A DNA stretch of 64,000 nucleotides from a virus. How positions within the stretch are numbered: position 1 is the first letter of the stretch; each line of letters opens with the position of its first letter. The notes below the pieces were generated by a model. That model had not been told where the DNA came from. It saw only the letters and a list, made by a program, of their open reading frames with translations, and did not search any database. The stretch is taken from positions 9,513-73,512 of IMG/VR virus record IMGVR_UViG_3300049927_000163. One strand, written 5' to 3'. This document shows, piece after piece, positions 1 to 9,643 of the stretch. The translations under genes were made by a program, and so were the position numbers.

Positions 1-669
1 ACCTGCTACAGGAAGTGCTATATTTGCAAATCTCTGGTAAGCGTTTGGACGAGGTGGAATTTGTCCTGCATTTTGAGATATAGTAGATGCATTATTTCCA
101 GCATTCGAAAGGTTTTGGTTAGCTCCTGATTGAGCATTGTATAAGTCACCAATAGTGTTATATTGCATTTGCTGTTGACGAGCGCGTTCTTCTTGAACTA
201 GAGGAGCAAATTGAGCATTCAGGCCAAGATGTAGATTTGCACCTGCGGCAGCTAAGGCTTGGTTCAAGGCTGAAGAGGTTTTGCTTCCACGGCCAAATTG
301 ATTCATGACATCAGGAAGTGTCTGCTGTTGGAAGTTAGCACGAGCATATTCAGCTACTGGATCAAAAACCTGTTTAGCTTGGTCATAGCCTTGCGTTCCT
401 TGATAGGCCTTACCACCTACACCAAATTCACTTCGGAGTTGCTGGGATAGAGGATCTGTACCAGCTGCAAAGTCTTGAGTTCTCTGAAGTGCTTCTTTAC
501 GAAATGGAGCACCTTTCAAGTATTCTTTGGCGGCTTGTTTTTTTACCTTAAGATCTGCTTCTCTAGATGTATCTTTGTCGCCTTTAAGCTTTTTTATTAA
601 TTTTCCTGCTGCATTATAACCAAGACCAAATGTTGCAACCTTTCCTACTTTTTTACCTGCTTTTCCCAT
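1..669 (-). CDS. Virion ejection/internal protein (runs off window)
   Basis: Own translation MGKAGKKVGKVATFGLG...FQQQTLPDVMNQFG...SSALNQAL. Shares SSALNQAL and position (after GNAT gene) with 37808..38578. Gln/Ala/Gly-rich. Confidence 0.7.
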   Translation of the reverse strand, partial: MGKAGKKVGKVATFGLGYNAAGKLIKKLKGDKDTSREADLKVKKQAAKEYLKGAPFRKEALQRTQDFAAGTDPLSQQLRSEFGVGGKAYQGTQGYDQAKQVFDPVAEYARANFQQQTLPDVMNQFGRGSKTSSALNQALAAAGANLHLGLNAQFAPLVQEERARQQQMQYNTIGDLYNAQSGANQNLSNAGNNASTISQNAGQIPPRPNAYQRFANIALPVAG

Positions 670-1118
670 TATTCCTCCTTGTATTCCATGGCCACATCTT
701 TACAGCGCTTGAAGCCGAGACGTTCATAGAATTTAGCGTTTGTAGTCATCCAGATAGTCGTTTTGACTTTCATTCTGTTAGCAATTAATTTCACAAATTC
801 CACAGCTTTCTTCATCGCTTCACCTTTTTTCCAGTAAATCTTATCGATAGAGAAGGTGTTTACAAACATGCTGTGATCAAGTGGGTTTAAATCCATCCAG
901 AGGTAGCCAACTATTTCCTTATCTGGGTTAATCAAGGCGTATATTAAGCTAAAAGGATTCTCTTCGTCTACGCATTCTTGTGCATATTTGTAAAAGTCAT
1001 CTACAGAGAATGCGCGGCCTTTTACTTGCTCAACAAGATGCCTGGGAATAAGTTCTGGGAGGAGCAGCTTCATGAAGGTGAGGTCTTCAAGTGTGTAGAC
1101 TTTCTCTTCAGTCATCAT
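669..1118 (-). CDS. GNAT-fold virion morphogenesis protein
   Basis: FVNTFSIDKIYWKKG...KFYERLGFK acetyltransferase-like motifs. Homolog of 38484..39017. Typical podovirus position before ejection genes. Confidence 0.65.
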   Translation of the reverse strand: MMTEEKVYTLEDLTFMKLLLPELIPRHLVEQVKGRAFSVDDFYKYAQECVDEENPFSLIYALINPDKEIVGYLWMDLNPLDHSMFVNTFSIDKIYWKKGEAMKKAVEFVKLIANRMKVKTTIWMTTNAKFYERLGFKRCKDVAMEYKEE

Positions 1119-1555
1119 AGCTGAGTACCTACAATACGTATGTTGAAACCTGCTGTTATGCCAGCTCTATTATGTTTTATTTGGAAGTTTGTAGTAGTCG
1201 ACGTGATAGTTAAGATATTGCCTGCCCAAGCACCAGTTCCAGCTTGGCTAGAGAGTAGGTTTACAACGCCTACAGCAGCATCAGATGACTTGGTAAGTGC
1301 CCATACAGCTGTAGGTAGCGTTGACTCGATTCCTGAGACTAGAACCATAAAAGCACCGAATCTAGCAACATTAGGAATATCTGCAGCGGTATCTGATATT
1401 GGGATAGAGAATGCTGTAAAGTCTCTAGCATTTATATTAATGGCTATATCTTCATAAAGCCTTGTCAGATACTGTACAAAGGTCATTATCTCTTGAGGCG
1501 ATGGAACAATCGTGTCAGGAGATAAATAAGGTAGCTGAACATTGTTAAAACTCAT
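1115..1555 (-). CDS. Virion/tail accessory protein
   Basis: N-terminus (LTRLYEDIAININ) resembles 39014..39562 (IDKMTDTYQQVAQNVN). Syntenic. Confidence 0.55.
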   Translation of the reverse strand: MSFNNVQLPYLSPDTIVPSPQEIMTFVQYLTRLYEDIAININARDFTAFSIPISDTAADIPNVARFGAFMVLVSGIESTLPTAVWALTKSSDAAVGVVNLLSSQAGTGAWAGNILTITSTTTNFQIKHNRAGITAGFNIRIVGTQL

Positions 1556-3876
1556 AAAAACATACCTGGAGTTAATCTACCCGCAGGTTCTGCCCATAAT
1601 ACCATACCAGCAATTACAAATTGTCCTCGCTGATTTATAAATGATGATGAGTCTATTTGTAAGCGTAAAAATTGCCCTGTAAGATTGACATACATCCTTT
1701 TCCAAGCATAATCCTGATAGATGCTACCAGTTGCTGGCGAATCAAGAGTCATAGACTGAATGAGAGCAGGATTATTACTGTTATTTATATACCAACTTAA
1801 TTGTAATACAATCTGTTCACCATTATCATTGTCAACAGTATAGGAGTTCCTGCCTACTTGATAATAAAAGTCTACATAACCAAATGTTGCTTTTTGACCC
1901 TGTTGGATAAAAGGGTTCCATCGCTTACTAACCATAGTGCTATCAATTAACTGACCACTAGATGGATCTGTAGTATCTATGACTTTATCCATTTCAGCTT
2001 TGGCATCGTTAAGGTAATAGACGATACCATTTGTATCTCCACCTAGCATCCAGGGAACCAGATCTTGGTCTATAAGAGAGTTCCAAGTGAAAGTACATGC
2101 TTCCCATGTTGTAAATGCAGCTGCCAAATCATTCCATGTTACATCTGTATATGTCTTTGCAGATCCTATACAAGAGAGGGAAATATCATAGGTAGACCAG
2201 GTCTCTTCTAGCCAGTTAAAGACTATGACTTTGTCACAATTTGTATTTGTAGTAGCTCTTTCATCTGAAGGATAGATCATCCAGCTTTGCTGGGTTTGAT
2301 CGAACCTCTTTCCTTGACAAATTGCAAAACTATTTTCATCAATATCTGTATAGAGATCTATGGCATCTGGAACGTCATAACGATCTTTATTAACTCCATC
2401 ACATTTACATAGGCCTTTTGCACCCATTGACGTAGTGTATGTGTCATATTCAATAGATCCATATGGAGCATTTGTAGATTTAGTAGAGTTAATCTTGAAA
2501 AATCTGAATGGTGAAGAGACATTTCCTGTAGATCTAAATAAGAAACATGAATCTTCGAATTCAATGACTAAGGCATCTCTTAAGTATGAAGCTGACATAA
2601 TCCAGTCACCAGTACTTGCAGAGATAAATGAACCGTTACCTGGGACATCTGCTGCAAAATTAGTAGGATTATGAGGGGCACTAGAGCGTATCATCTGACC
2701 ATCAGGAAAGGAATTTCCTACAGTTGTAGGCCTAATGAGAAGGAGTGATTCATTATAGACTTTCACATCTAGAGTAGTCTTGATATCATTTACAAACGCT
2801 TCCACATGAGCAAGAGTGATTCCAAGAGGAGGACGAGCTAGATTTGTGCCATCATACGTTGTAACTTGATCTACATTGTTTGTCATATAAAGATGCGAAG
2901 TATCAGATTCTGAAGCTCGCCAGTTGACATAGTTAAATAGGTTTTTGAAGTCACCAGTGAAATAATCACCTTGAAGGCTAGAAGATACTGTAAAAGTAGC
3001 TACTTCAGGAGCCACTAGATTTATGGTTATCACTCCTGTTGCATAGTTTACAGAAGCTGAAGCGATATTTGTTCCATCAGGTAAAGGATTGCCACTATGA
3101 GTAAATCCGCCTGTACCATCATCTTCAATGGTAAAAGTGTTAAGAAGTGTTTCTTTCTTAACTATTACAGAATATGGAGCTAAATTTGTAAATCCAGTAG
3201 TGAGTGTAAATGGTCCAGTAAATGGAGGAGGTGGCGAAGTGAGAGTTGTAGTGTAATTTATCTGAGATATTGAGCTAACTGGATCAAAAAGCTGAGTTAT
3301 GGTGTTGAATACTGCAAATCTTCTAGTGTCTGCTATCACTAGTCTATGAGCGTTTGTCTGTTCATTGATGAATTCAGTTATCATCATGATAGGACGTTTT
3401 TGTGGAGTAGTTAGAGCATTTGGAGTATATGTATATTGTGCTACTATAGGATTTAAAGCTGGTATTGTAGCTGTTGTATTAAGATTCCAAACACCAGTAG
3501 AATAATCAATTGCTGAACCAGCTGCGGCAAGAGATCCAGATAAATTTCCTGTTGCTGTTGCAGTAGCAGTTTTTAAACCAGTCGATGTCAAAGCAGTAAA
3601 AGTAATAGTTCCTTCTATAGGAAAATTTGAAAGAATACCACTGTAGGTTGATCCACCATTTCCAGTAGCTACTATCTCATTGTCCTGATATCTAATAGAT
3701 CCAGTAAGGCCATAGACAGAAATACCGTTACGCTTTTGTACTTGACCACGGAACACATAGGAATTTACTAATGGATTCCATGCATCATCCGGTTGCATCC
3801 AAGGCTGGGTGTATTGAAACTGTCCAGTCTGGAAGTTAGTGATAGCAAAGGGCTGATATCCTGAAGGAGCGCTCAT
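1552..3876 (-). CDS. Tail nozzle / DNA-stabilisation protein (P22 gp10 / T7 gp12-like)
   Basis: 774 aa beta-rich protein. Homologous to 39562..41571 (QPW..P.DA, WNP...QG.....GYVDFY, WKR.Y). Podovirus position. Confidence 0.7.
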   Translation of the reverse strand: MSAPSGYQPFAITNFQTGQFQYTQPWMQPDDAWNPLVNSYVFRGQVQKRNGISVYGLTGSIRYQDNEIVATGNGGSTYSGILSNFPIEGTITFTALTSTGLKTATATATGNLSGSLAAAGSAIDYSTGVWNLNTTATIPALNPIVAQYTYTPNALTTPQKRPIMMITEFINEQTNAHRLVIADTRRFAVFNTITQLFDPVSSISQINYTTTLTSPPPPFTGPFTLTTGFTNLAPYSVIVKKETLLNTFTIEDDGTGGFTHSGNPLPDGTNIASASVNYATGVITINLVAPEVATFTVSSSLQGDYFTGDFKNLFNYVNWRASESDTSHLYMTNNVDQVTTYDGTNLARPPLGITLAHVEAFVNDIKTTLDVKVYNESLLLIRPTTVGNSFPDGQMIRSSAPHNPTNFAADVPGNGSFISASTGDWIMSASYLRDALVIEFEDSCFLFRSTGNVSSPFRFFKINSTKSTNAPYGSIEYDTYTTSMGAKGLCKCDGVNKDRYDVPDAIDLYTDIDENSFAICQGKRFDQTQQSWMIYPSDERATTNTNCDKVIVFNWLEETWSTYDISLSCIGSAKTYTDVTWNDLAAAFTTWEACTFTWNSLIDQDLVPWMLGGDTNGIVYYLNDAKAEMDKVIDTTDPSSGQLIDSTMVSKRWNPFIQQGQKATFGYVDFYYQVGRNSYTVDNDNGEQIVLQLSWYINNSNNPALIQSMTLDSPATGSIYQDYAWKRMYVNLTGQFLRLQIDSSSFINQRGQFVIAGMVLWAEPAGRLTPGMFL

Positions 3877-4559
3877 TAATTACCTATTGCAAAATAGTAA
3901 AATCCACCTGTCCATAAACCAGAATCACTTCTTGGAGTAAACCTATTTGCACTCACATCGGGTGTGCCAACATCACCTATATATATTGAATGTGAATTTG
4001 TACTATTTCGTATACCAGTTATTTGTACATTTATTGTTTGAGTTGCAAAAGGAGTTGGATAAGTAAAGTTTTTTCCGTCAACATCACCACTTGTAGGAAT
4101 TACTCTTCCCCATTTATATTCAAGACCATTTGGAAAAATAATATTGCCATAGTCAGTTGTAACACCATTACCATTACCCATAACATCTGGTCCAACATTA
4201 AATATACTTGCTTGTACTACACCGTTGCCTCCAGGAGTTCCAGCTTTCCAAATTGGTAGGCCACCACTTACACTAGCACTTGTAATCTGAGTTTCTGCAG
4301 ATGAACTTGTGTAAAATAGTTCTGTTCGTCCAGCAACTGTCTTAATATAAACAGAACCTTGGCCAGCAGAAAGAACTGGTGTTGCAATGACTTGAGGGAA
4401 CCTTACCTGTTTATGATATCCACTTGTAGGCACTGAAGGACTTAAAGGAACATGATCCACTCCGAATATAATATTCATTTGCTGTGAATTAACAAGAATT
4501 TCAGGGATATCATTTGATATCATATGTGGTAGATCTGGAACATTTGGATTATAAGTCAT
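3876..4559 (-). CDS. Small tail-fibre-like protein with gp53-like C-terminal domain
   Basis: IIFPNGLEYKWG...FTYPTPFATQTINVQIT motif typical of phage fibre C-termini. N-terminus parallels 41571..42227. Confidence 0.55.
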   Translation of the reverse strand: MTYNPNVPDLPHMISNDIPEILVNSQQMNIIFGVDHVPLSPSVPTSGYHKQVRFPQVIATPVLSAGQGSVYIKTVAGRTELFYTSSSAETQITSASVSGGLPIWKAGTPGGNGVVQASIFNVGPDVMGNGNGVTTDYGNIIFPNGLEYKWGRVIPTSGDVDGKNFTYPTPFATQTINVQITGIRNSTNSHSIYIGDVGTPDVSANRFTPRSDSGLWTGGFYYFAIGN

Positions 4560-4561
4560 AT

Positions 4562-5479
4562 TTAAAACCTTGGGATTGCCCTGGAACTATCCAGTTGTTG
4601 TACATATCTACCAAGAGCTACTCTTTCAAATTCTTGGTATAGGTCATAGTTTTCTGCACGGGAATTACTGTCACCTCTATCAGCAAATATCTGTAGGGCC
4701 GCACCATATGCTATTAATTGGCCCCATTCCTGTAAGGATGGCGTCTCCTCAGTACCTGTAAGTTCAGATGGATTTATGAACCCTTGAAGACGAATCTTAT
4801 AAACTGCATCTGGTATTGGACGTAGGGTAAAGTTAAATTCATCTCTATAGGGATCAGTGTAAAAGAGGATACCTCTAGGAATATTTGCTAGCATCGAACA
4901 GTATTTGATTACTATTGCTGCATTCAAAGCAGGAGGATTAGGAAATGAAATATTATATATTCCAGTTCCATAGTTTATAGCTCCAATCACAGATACAAAA
5001 TTATTTGTATTTGGATCTTGGTCACCAAATCCACCCTGTCCATCATCAACAAAAGTCTGAGTGTCACCATCAGTGATATAAACAGTTTCTTGGGCTATAG
5101 GTTGAGCCTGAGTTACTCCTGAGAAACCTACTGTAGTTCCATCGCCTGAGGCTACTGGATCTTGGTTATACTGCTGAGGCCAATGCTTCCAGAAGATGTC
5201 TGGATCTTGCTCATATGTGACTGGAAACCCATCAGCCCAAGCACATGGCTGATTAGTGAGAAATCTGCCTTGAAACTTGTACACATCCTGAAAAGGGATA
5301 GTGTAAAAGTCATAAAACTTGAGCTGGATCTGTTCCTTAAGCTCAAAGGGCATGATATACTTGTAATAATTATTAATATAATCCGTGATCTGAAGATCGG
5401 TTAATTGATCTTGAGAGGGGGTTCCGGTAATGTTACGTACCTTAAGGATTATGTTAGTAAGGGTCCAGCCACTAGACAT
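4562..5479 (-). CDS. Head-tail adaptor (tail tubular protein A-like)
   Basis: Strongly similar to 42243..43115 (KVR..TG..S..QL.D..I..YINNYY; TP.LQEWG..IAYGAA). Position between capsid block and nozzle. Confidence 0.7.
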   Translation of the reverse strand: MSSGWTLTNIILKVRNITGTPSQDQLTDLQITDYINNYYKYIMPFELKEQIQLKFYDFYTIPFQDVYKFQGRFLTNQPCAWADGFPVTYEQDPDIFWKHWPQQYNQDPVASGDGTTVGFSGVTQAQPIAQETVYITDGDTQTFVDDGQGGFGDQDPNTNNFVSVIGAINYGTGIYNISFPNPPALNAAIVIKYCSMLANIPRGILFYTDPYRDEFNFTLRPIPDAVYKIRLQGFINPSELTGTEETPSLQEWGQLIAYGAALQIFADRGDSNSRAENYDLYQEFERVALGRYVQQLDSSRAIPRF

Positions 5480-5922
5480 TATCTACCTCTTATTGACTTA
5501 CACTGATAGAGCGATTTGTATGAAGTGGGCATGCTCTTTGTCATACCAGATCTTTCATCAAACTTATCTTCATAGCCAAAAGTATGACATGAATTTGGGT
5601 CATGAGGATTAGTACCTTCAAGGTGATTGATCACTTCAATAGGAAGATCATATTCCTTGTCATGCATTAGCTTGTAAGACTTTAAGGGATGCGTCTTTGA
5701 AGCATAGAAAAAGTCAAGAGGACGACCTGGATCTCTGTTATTTACAAACTTAATACGCTCATACTGAGGTCTATTGCTTGCAACTACGGCCACAACTTCT
5801 TTGTTAAAATGAATCTGATCTTCAGGTTCATCCATGACAGCTGTTGCTGTTGGAGCAAAAGATTGCATTGTAACAACAGGATCTTTTGTTTCTTTAGGAA
5901 TTATTCTTTTTGGTCTTGCCAT
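5479..5922 (-). CDS. Conserved virion-cluster protein
   Basis: Homolog of 43124..43462 (Y.LMH...Y.LP..V..H.E ... QC). Confidence 0.55.
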   Translation of the reverse strand: MARPKRIIPKETKDPVVTMQSFAPTATAVMDEPEDQIHFNKEVVAVVASNRPQYERIKFVNNRDPGRPLDFFYASKTHPLKSYKLMHDKEYDLPIEVINHLEGTNPHDPNSCHTFGYEDKFDERSGMTKSMPTSYKSLYQCKSIRGR

Positions 5923-5934
5923 TTGTATACTCCA

Positions 5935-6294
5935 TTAAAGTATGTTTTCGAAAGGATCATAAGGCTCATGCCCTGCAATTATCAGAGCCTGCCCACCACT
6001 AATATATGTACTGAATACCGTGCTATTTATCGATACCGTGATGTTGTCCACGTCAGGGACGCTTAGGATCATTCCAATGAGTAAGTTCATTTGGGACATG
6101 CCTTTGATTTGATGGAAACTTAGAGAAGTAATTCCAACATCAGCGGAAGTTGTAAACCCATGATTTATTATTGTTACCTTGGCCTCTGCGGCTTTGGTGA
6201 TAAAAGAGATTGTCTTAACCGTATTAGGGAACTCAAAAGGAGATGGTGGTACTACCGATGGAGGATATGAGACCTTTTGGTTTTTGACAGTCAT
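5935..6294 (-). CDS. E1-FCCH-like beta-domain virion protein
   Basis: ISFITKAAEAKVT..HGF...I.GM.QMN...INSTVFSTYISGG; paralog of the central domain of 6345..7055. Confidence 0.55.
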   Translation of the reverse strand: MTVKNQKVSYPPSVVPPSPFEFPNTVKTISFITKAAEAKVTIINHGFTTSADVGITSLSFHQIKGMSQMNLLIGMILSVPDVDNITVSINSTVFSTYISGGQALIIAGHEPYDPFENIL

Positions 6295-6307
6295 TTGTAG
6301 CCTGTTG

Positions 6308-6333
6308 CAAAGTAGGGGATTTTAACCCCCCAC
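6308..6333 (-). terminator. Intrinsic terminator after capsid/decoration genes
   Basis: Minus strand GTGGGGGGTTAAAATCCCCTAC followed by TTT. Same position as the 43474-43500 hairpin in unit B. Confidence 0.5.
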
Positions 6334-6344
6334 AATGACGTTAA

Positions 6345-7055
6345 TTAACCGTTTGCTGAAGTATCTAGCAATGCATAGTAGTTCCATACATCTGCAGTAG
6401 TAGTCATCAAATCTGTGCCCAAAGTAAGGCCAATAACACCATGGTTGTATAATGGTGTCATTTGGACTTGTGAGCCAAATTGTGTTGTTACAGGCGCACC
6501 AGTAATCACGTTGGCAATACCACCTGATACATACGTACTAAAAGCAGTAGAGTTGATATTGACAGTAAATGATGTTGTGCTAGTTACAGTTGTAATCTGA
6601 CCACGTAGGGTATTGATCTGCTGCATACCAGCTACTTGACTAAATGTAACCCAAGTTACACCAATATCAGCTGAAGTAAAGCTATGAGTAGCAGTGATGC
6701 TAGCTTCAGCAGCTTTAGAGATTGCAGTGATGACAAGGTTAGTACTATGGTTCACATTGTAAGGAGCCTGATTAGGAATCCAAAGATCCTGATCAGCTGT
6801 TATAAATGGTGTAAATGCATTGGCTGTATGCCATGCAAATTCAATTGCTGGCTGACTAGCAGTATAGTCTGTAGAAAGACCAGTACCATTTGCATATGTA
6901 GGAAACCATTCTGCTTTAACGATTTCATCGTTAACAGGGTTTATTGCATTGGTCTGGTTAACCATATAGAAGTAACTAGGGATAAATCCCAAAGTTAGAT
7001 TCTGAGCTGCACCACCTAAAACAGTGGTAAAAGTTCCAGTTTTGATAATAGACAT
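6345..7055 (-). CDS. Putative capsid decoration protein with FCCH-like domain
   Basis: Immediately after the major capsid gene. Thr-rich. Homolog of 43507..44103 (GF....T; F/Y.S.YVSGG). Confidence 0.6.
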   Translation of the reverse strand: MSIIKTGTFTTVLGGAAQNLTLGFIPSYFYMVNQTNAINPVNDEIVKAEWFPTYANGTGLSTDYTASQPAIEFAWHTANAFTPFITADQDLWIPNQAPYNVNHSTNLVITAISKAAEASITATHSFTSADIGVTWVTFSQVAGMQQINTLRGQITTVTSTTSFTVNINSTAFSTYVSGGIANVITGAPVTTQFGSQVQMTPLYNHGVIGLTLGTDLMTTTADVWNYYALLDTSANG

Positions 7056-7057
7056 AG

Positions 7058-8017
7058 TTATGCTCCCAATCTTAAGGTGCTTGTGACTCTGGCGATCCAG
7101 TTGTCATTGATGATTCGTCCACCCCAAGGAATCTTGAAGCCAACTGATGATCTTTGATCAAGTGCATCAGTAGTACCTGCAGATCCTAGAGGCTTAACAA
7201 TAAGTTGAGCTTGCATAGCACCTAGTTTCACTACACCATAAGCCTCACGGCCTACAACAAAGCTAGAGTAGACTGGTATTGCTGCACCATTGTTGAAACC
7301 GTTGGTCGATGTCATCCATCGAATATTTCGGGTTTGGCCCCATTCTGGAAGCAGACTTGTGCTTTGATTCGCATAGTTTGCAACTGAATTGAAGCTTGAT
7401 ACTGCCTCTAGATCCATCTCCATATCTGTAGACATAAAGCCCCAGAATGATTGACGGCCAGGAGCTGTTCCAAAACGGTTTTCACCTTGTACGAGCGGAG
7501 TTAGAAACTCAGCGTTACCTTGGCGAAGTGCTCTTTGAACAAGCTGTAGATCACGGTCTGTAATCTCTGTAGGAGTGTTACCGTTGATACCATTAGAGCA
7601 CGCGATTGTTGATGCTGTTGAAACCATCATGTCGCGGATTAAAGTATCTAGGGTAAGACCTAGTTGTAATGAAAGAACTTTGGTAAGTTCATTCAAAACG
7701 CGGTCCTGCACTGTGTACTGAACTACATCAGATACGATCATATAGGCGCCATACCATGCGATCTTAGCGCTAAAGTCGATAACTGACTGTGATTGTCCAG
7801 GAGGAGATACCGCTTCTGTTAGAGGCGTTGTAGCCGCTGACTGTGTGCCATATCGTCTAAAGATCAATGAGTCACCTGAGTTCATTGGGATAACGCGCTG
7901 TTGTGCGCACTTATCATAAATGAGGGCAGGCGTAGCAAGTTTTAGCAGGAGTCTATCGTAATAGACACGTACTTCTGGTGGTACTGTATTTGTGGTTACA
8001 GCATTTGGTGATGACAT
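7058..8017 (-). CDS. Major capsid protein (N4-gp56 family)
   Basis: YYDRLLL..A.P.LI..K.AQ.R....GD.LIFRRY and GSAG..D.L.QR motifs. Clear homolog of 44116..45057. Confidence 0.9.
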   Translation of the reverse strand: MSSPNAVTTNTVPPEVRVYYDRLLLKLATPALIYDKCAQQRVIPMNSGDSLIFRRYGTQSAATTPLTEAVSPPGQSQSVIDFSAKIAWYGAYMIVSDVVQYTVQDRVLNELTKVLSLQLGLTLDTLIRDMMVSTASTIACSNGINGNTPTEITDRDLQLVQRALRQGNAEFLTPLVQGENRFGTAPGRQSFWGFMSTDMEMDLEAVSSFNSVANYANQSTSLLPEWGQTRNIRWMTSTNGFNNGAAIPVYSSFVVGREAYGVVKLGAMQAQLIVKPLGSAGTTDALDQRSSVGFKIPWGGRIINDNWIARVTSTLRLGA

Positions 8018-8031
8018 AAGTTACTCTTTAC

Positions 8032-8790
8032 TTACATCCCGCTCTGGATTCTTTGATACTCGGCTTCAAATTCTTCATCTGACATCGTCGCGTAGTCTTT
8101 TACTGCATGGAATGATCCCTGTCCCCCAGTCATTGAAAGTGAACCAGGTTTACGGGAATTCTCTACAATCCTAGTGGCTGACTTAGAGACAGTAGGAGGA
8201 GCTACAGGAGCGGGCATCTGATTTTGTCTGCCTTGTTTTGCAAGTGACCCAATATCATAGGCATATTGCCAAGGATCTTGAGCCGCATGGAATCCAGCTG
8301 CGAGATTAGGTTTTTCTCTAATTAGGGGCGCGGCGTACTCATCCAGCACCTCTTTATAATCAGGATACTTAACTGCCATTCGGAGTTCTGCAATCTCACT
8401 TTCCATAGCCTTTTGCCTTTTAAGCATTTCACCTTCTTGATGCTGGTAAACTCCTACTGGAAGAGCGTCCTCACGGTCGAGATCTTCAATTGGGTTTTTG
8501 TTTACCTGCGGTTCAGGAATGTTTTGCTTATGTAAAGTTGCTTTCCAGATCTCAAAATTTTGTTTAAGTTCTTCCTTTTCTCGTCGTTCTCGAGCAAGCT
8601 CTTCCCTGATTGCCACGATGTTCCTATCGATCGGTAATTCAGCAGGGGAGATGGGTTCCTGTTCTTGAACCTTAGGATTTACTGCCTCTACGCGATCTAA
8701 GTCATCTTGGTATGCCAAGTAAGAATTATGCCCTTTTACTTTTGGACTCACGGCGGCTGAGTCTGGTACGCCCGCTTCTTCTGTAATCAT
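8032..8790 (-). CDS. Capsid scaffolding protein
   Basis: Acidic coiled-coil protein directly upstream of the capsid gene. C-terminal PGSLS..GG...Y.TMSDEEF shared with 45078..45728. Confidence 0.75.
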   Translation of the reverse strand: MITEEAGVPDSAAVSPKVKGHNSYLAYQDDLDRVEAVNPKVQEQEPISPAELPIDRNIVAIREELARERREKEELKQNFEIWKATLHKQNIPEPQVNKNPIEDLDREDALPVGVYQHQEGEMLKRQKAMESEIAELRMAVKYPDYKEVLDEYAAPLIREKPNLAAGFHAAQDPWQYAYDIGSLAKQGRQNQMPAPVAPPTVSKSATRIVENSRKPGSLSMTGGQGSFHAVKDYATMSDEEFEAEYQRIQSGM

Positions 8791-8827
8791 TTATTTTCCT
8801 GTAGGTCGGCGACACCTGTATACGCCC
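8745..8827 (-). promoter_or_regulatory. Two copies of GGGCGU-N4-stem-GYCGCCG-stem RNA motif flanking the scaffold start codon
   Basis: GGGCGTATAC AGGT GTCGCCG ACCT (8827-8803) and GGGCGTACCA GACTCA GCCGCCG TGAGTC (8773-8745). Same motif in unit B at 45711-45683. Confidence 0.6.
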
Positions 8828-8840
8828 TTTTTAGGAGAGG

Positions 8841-9203
8841 CTATGTATAGCCTAAGTTAGTTCTTTTACCTTGTTCCGCTACGCTTACTATGAGGTCTTT
8901 TGGATCATCTGATAGGAAACGAGGGTCAATCGGCATGTCTGGTGGACTTGATAGCTCCTGGACCAGATCACATATTCCAAGTTTGTTATTCACATACCAT
9001 ACAAGTACACCTATCATGAATGGTGGCCTTTGATGGTAAGCTTTAACAGTCTGGTTAATCTTATTAGGGGTAAGACGATCTACAGTGGCGTAATAAACGA
9101 CATAGAATGGCTCTTTGATGTGAGACATTTTGTGGACGAAATCGTACACATAGTTCATACATCCTTCTGCCATACTTTCTCGGACATCACCCATTTGTAG
9201 CAT
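8841..9203 (-). CDS. Conserved head-module protein
   Basis: Homolog of 45785..46144 (EP.Y/W.V..A ... KAY..RP....G..V..VNN..G). Confidence 0.6.
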   Translation of the reverse strand: MLQMGDVRESMAEGCMNYVYDFVHKMSHIKEPFYVVYYATVDRLTPNKINQTVKAYHQRPPFMIGVLVWYVNNKLGICDLVQELSSPPDMPIDPRFLSDDPKDLIVSVAEQGKRTNLGYT

Positions 9204-9206
9204 AGT

Positions 9207-9419
9207 CTAGTACCCGTTTTGATCAGTTTTATCGTTGTACATCATATAAGGTGCAATTTTAGCCTTATCAGACTTGCAGCCAGCTGAGCCATACTTGCCG
9301 TATGCAATGCCTGTCATTTCGCCTATAAAGGCCTCTAGACCTGGAGCTGAGTACATATCTGAAGGGCCTGAACCCTTAGGAGCCTCTTTAGGAGATGAAG
9401 TTTCGTTCATATATTTCAT
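9207..9419 (-). CDS. Small head-module protein
   Basis: 70 aa ORF, syntenic with 46155..46403. Confidence 0.45.
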   Translation of the reverse strand: MKYMNETSSPKEAPKGSGPSDMYSAPGLEAFIGEMTGIAYGKYGSAGCKSDKAKIAPYMMYNDKTDQNGY

Positions 9420-9420
9420 A

Positions 9421-9498
9421 TTATTTACCTTTTGGTTTTTGACTTGGCTGGCCTGGCTTAGGAGCGCCTGGTTTTGCTGGTCCTGGTTTGGGCATCAT
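9421..9498 (-). CDS. 25-aa Pro/Lys/Gly-rich peptide (MMPKPGPAKPGAPKPGQPSQKPKGK)
   Basis: Own translation; below the ORF track cutoff. Preceded by AGGTAAGG and abuts the next start at 9419. Confidence 0.5.
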   Translation of the reverse strand: MMPKPGPAKPGAPKPGQPSQKPKGK

Positions 9499-9643
9499 AA
9501 CCTTACCTATAGTTTGGGGTTAATATATTATAGTATATAGCCAAACTGTAAGGATGAATACAAATTTATGCAAGAAAGGAGTTGCACTTAATTTGGAATT
9601 GCTAGAAGATCATTCTTATGTGATTGCAATATAAGGTGAAATA

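Noticed and set aside
5935-7055. E1 FCCH-like domains as a phage ubiquitin system
   Set aside because: Only the small beta-domain common in virion proteins is present. No E1 adenylation, E2 or ubiquitin-like genes were found.
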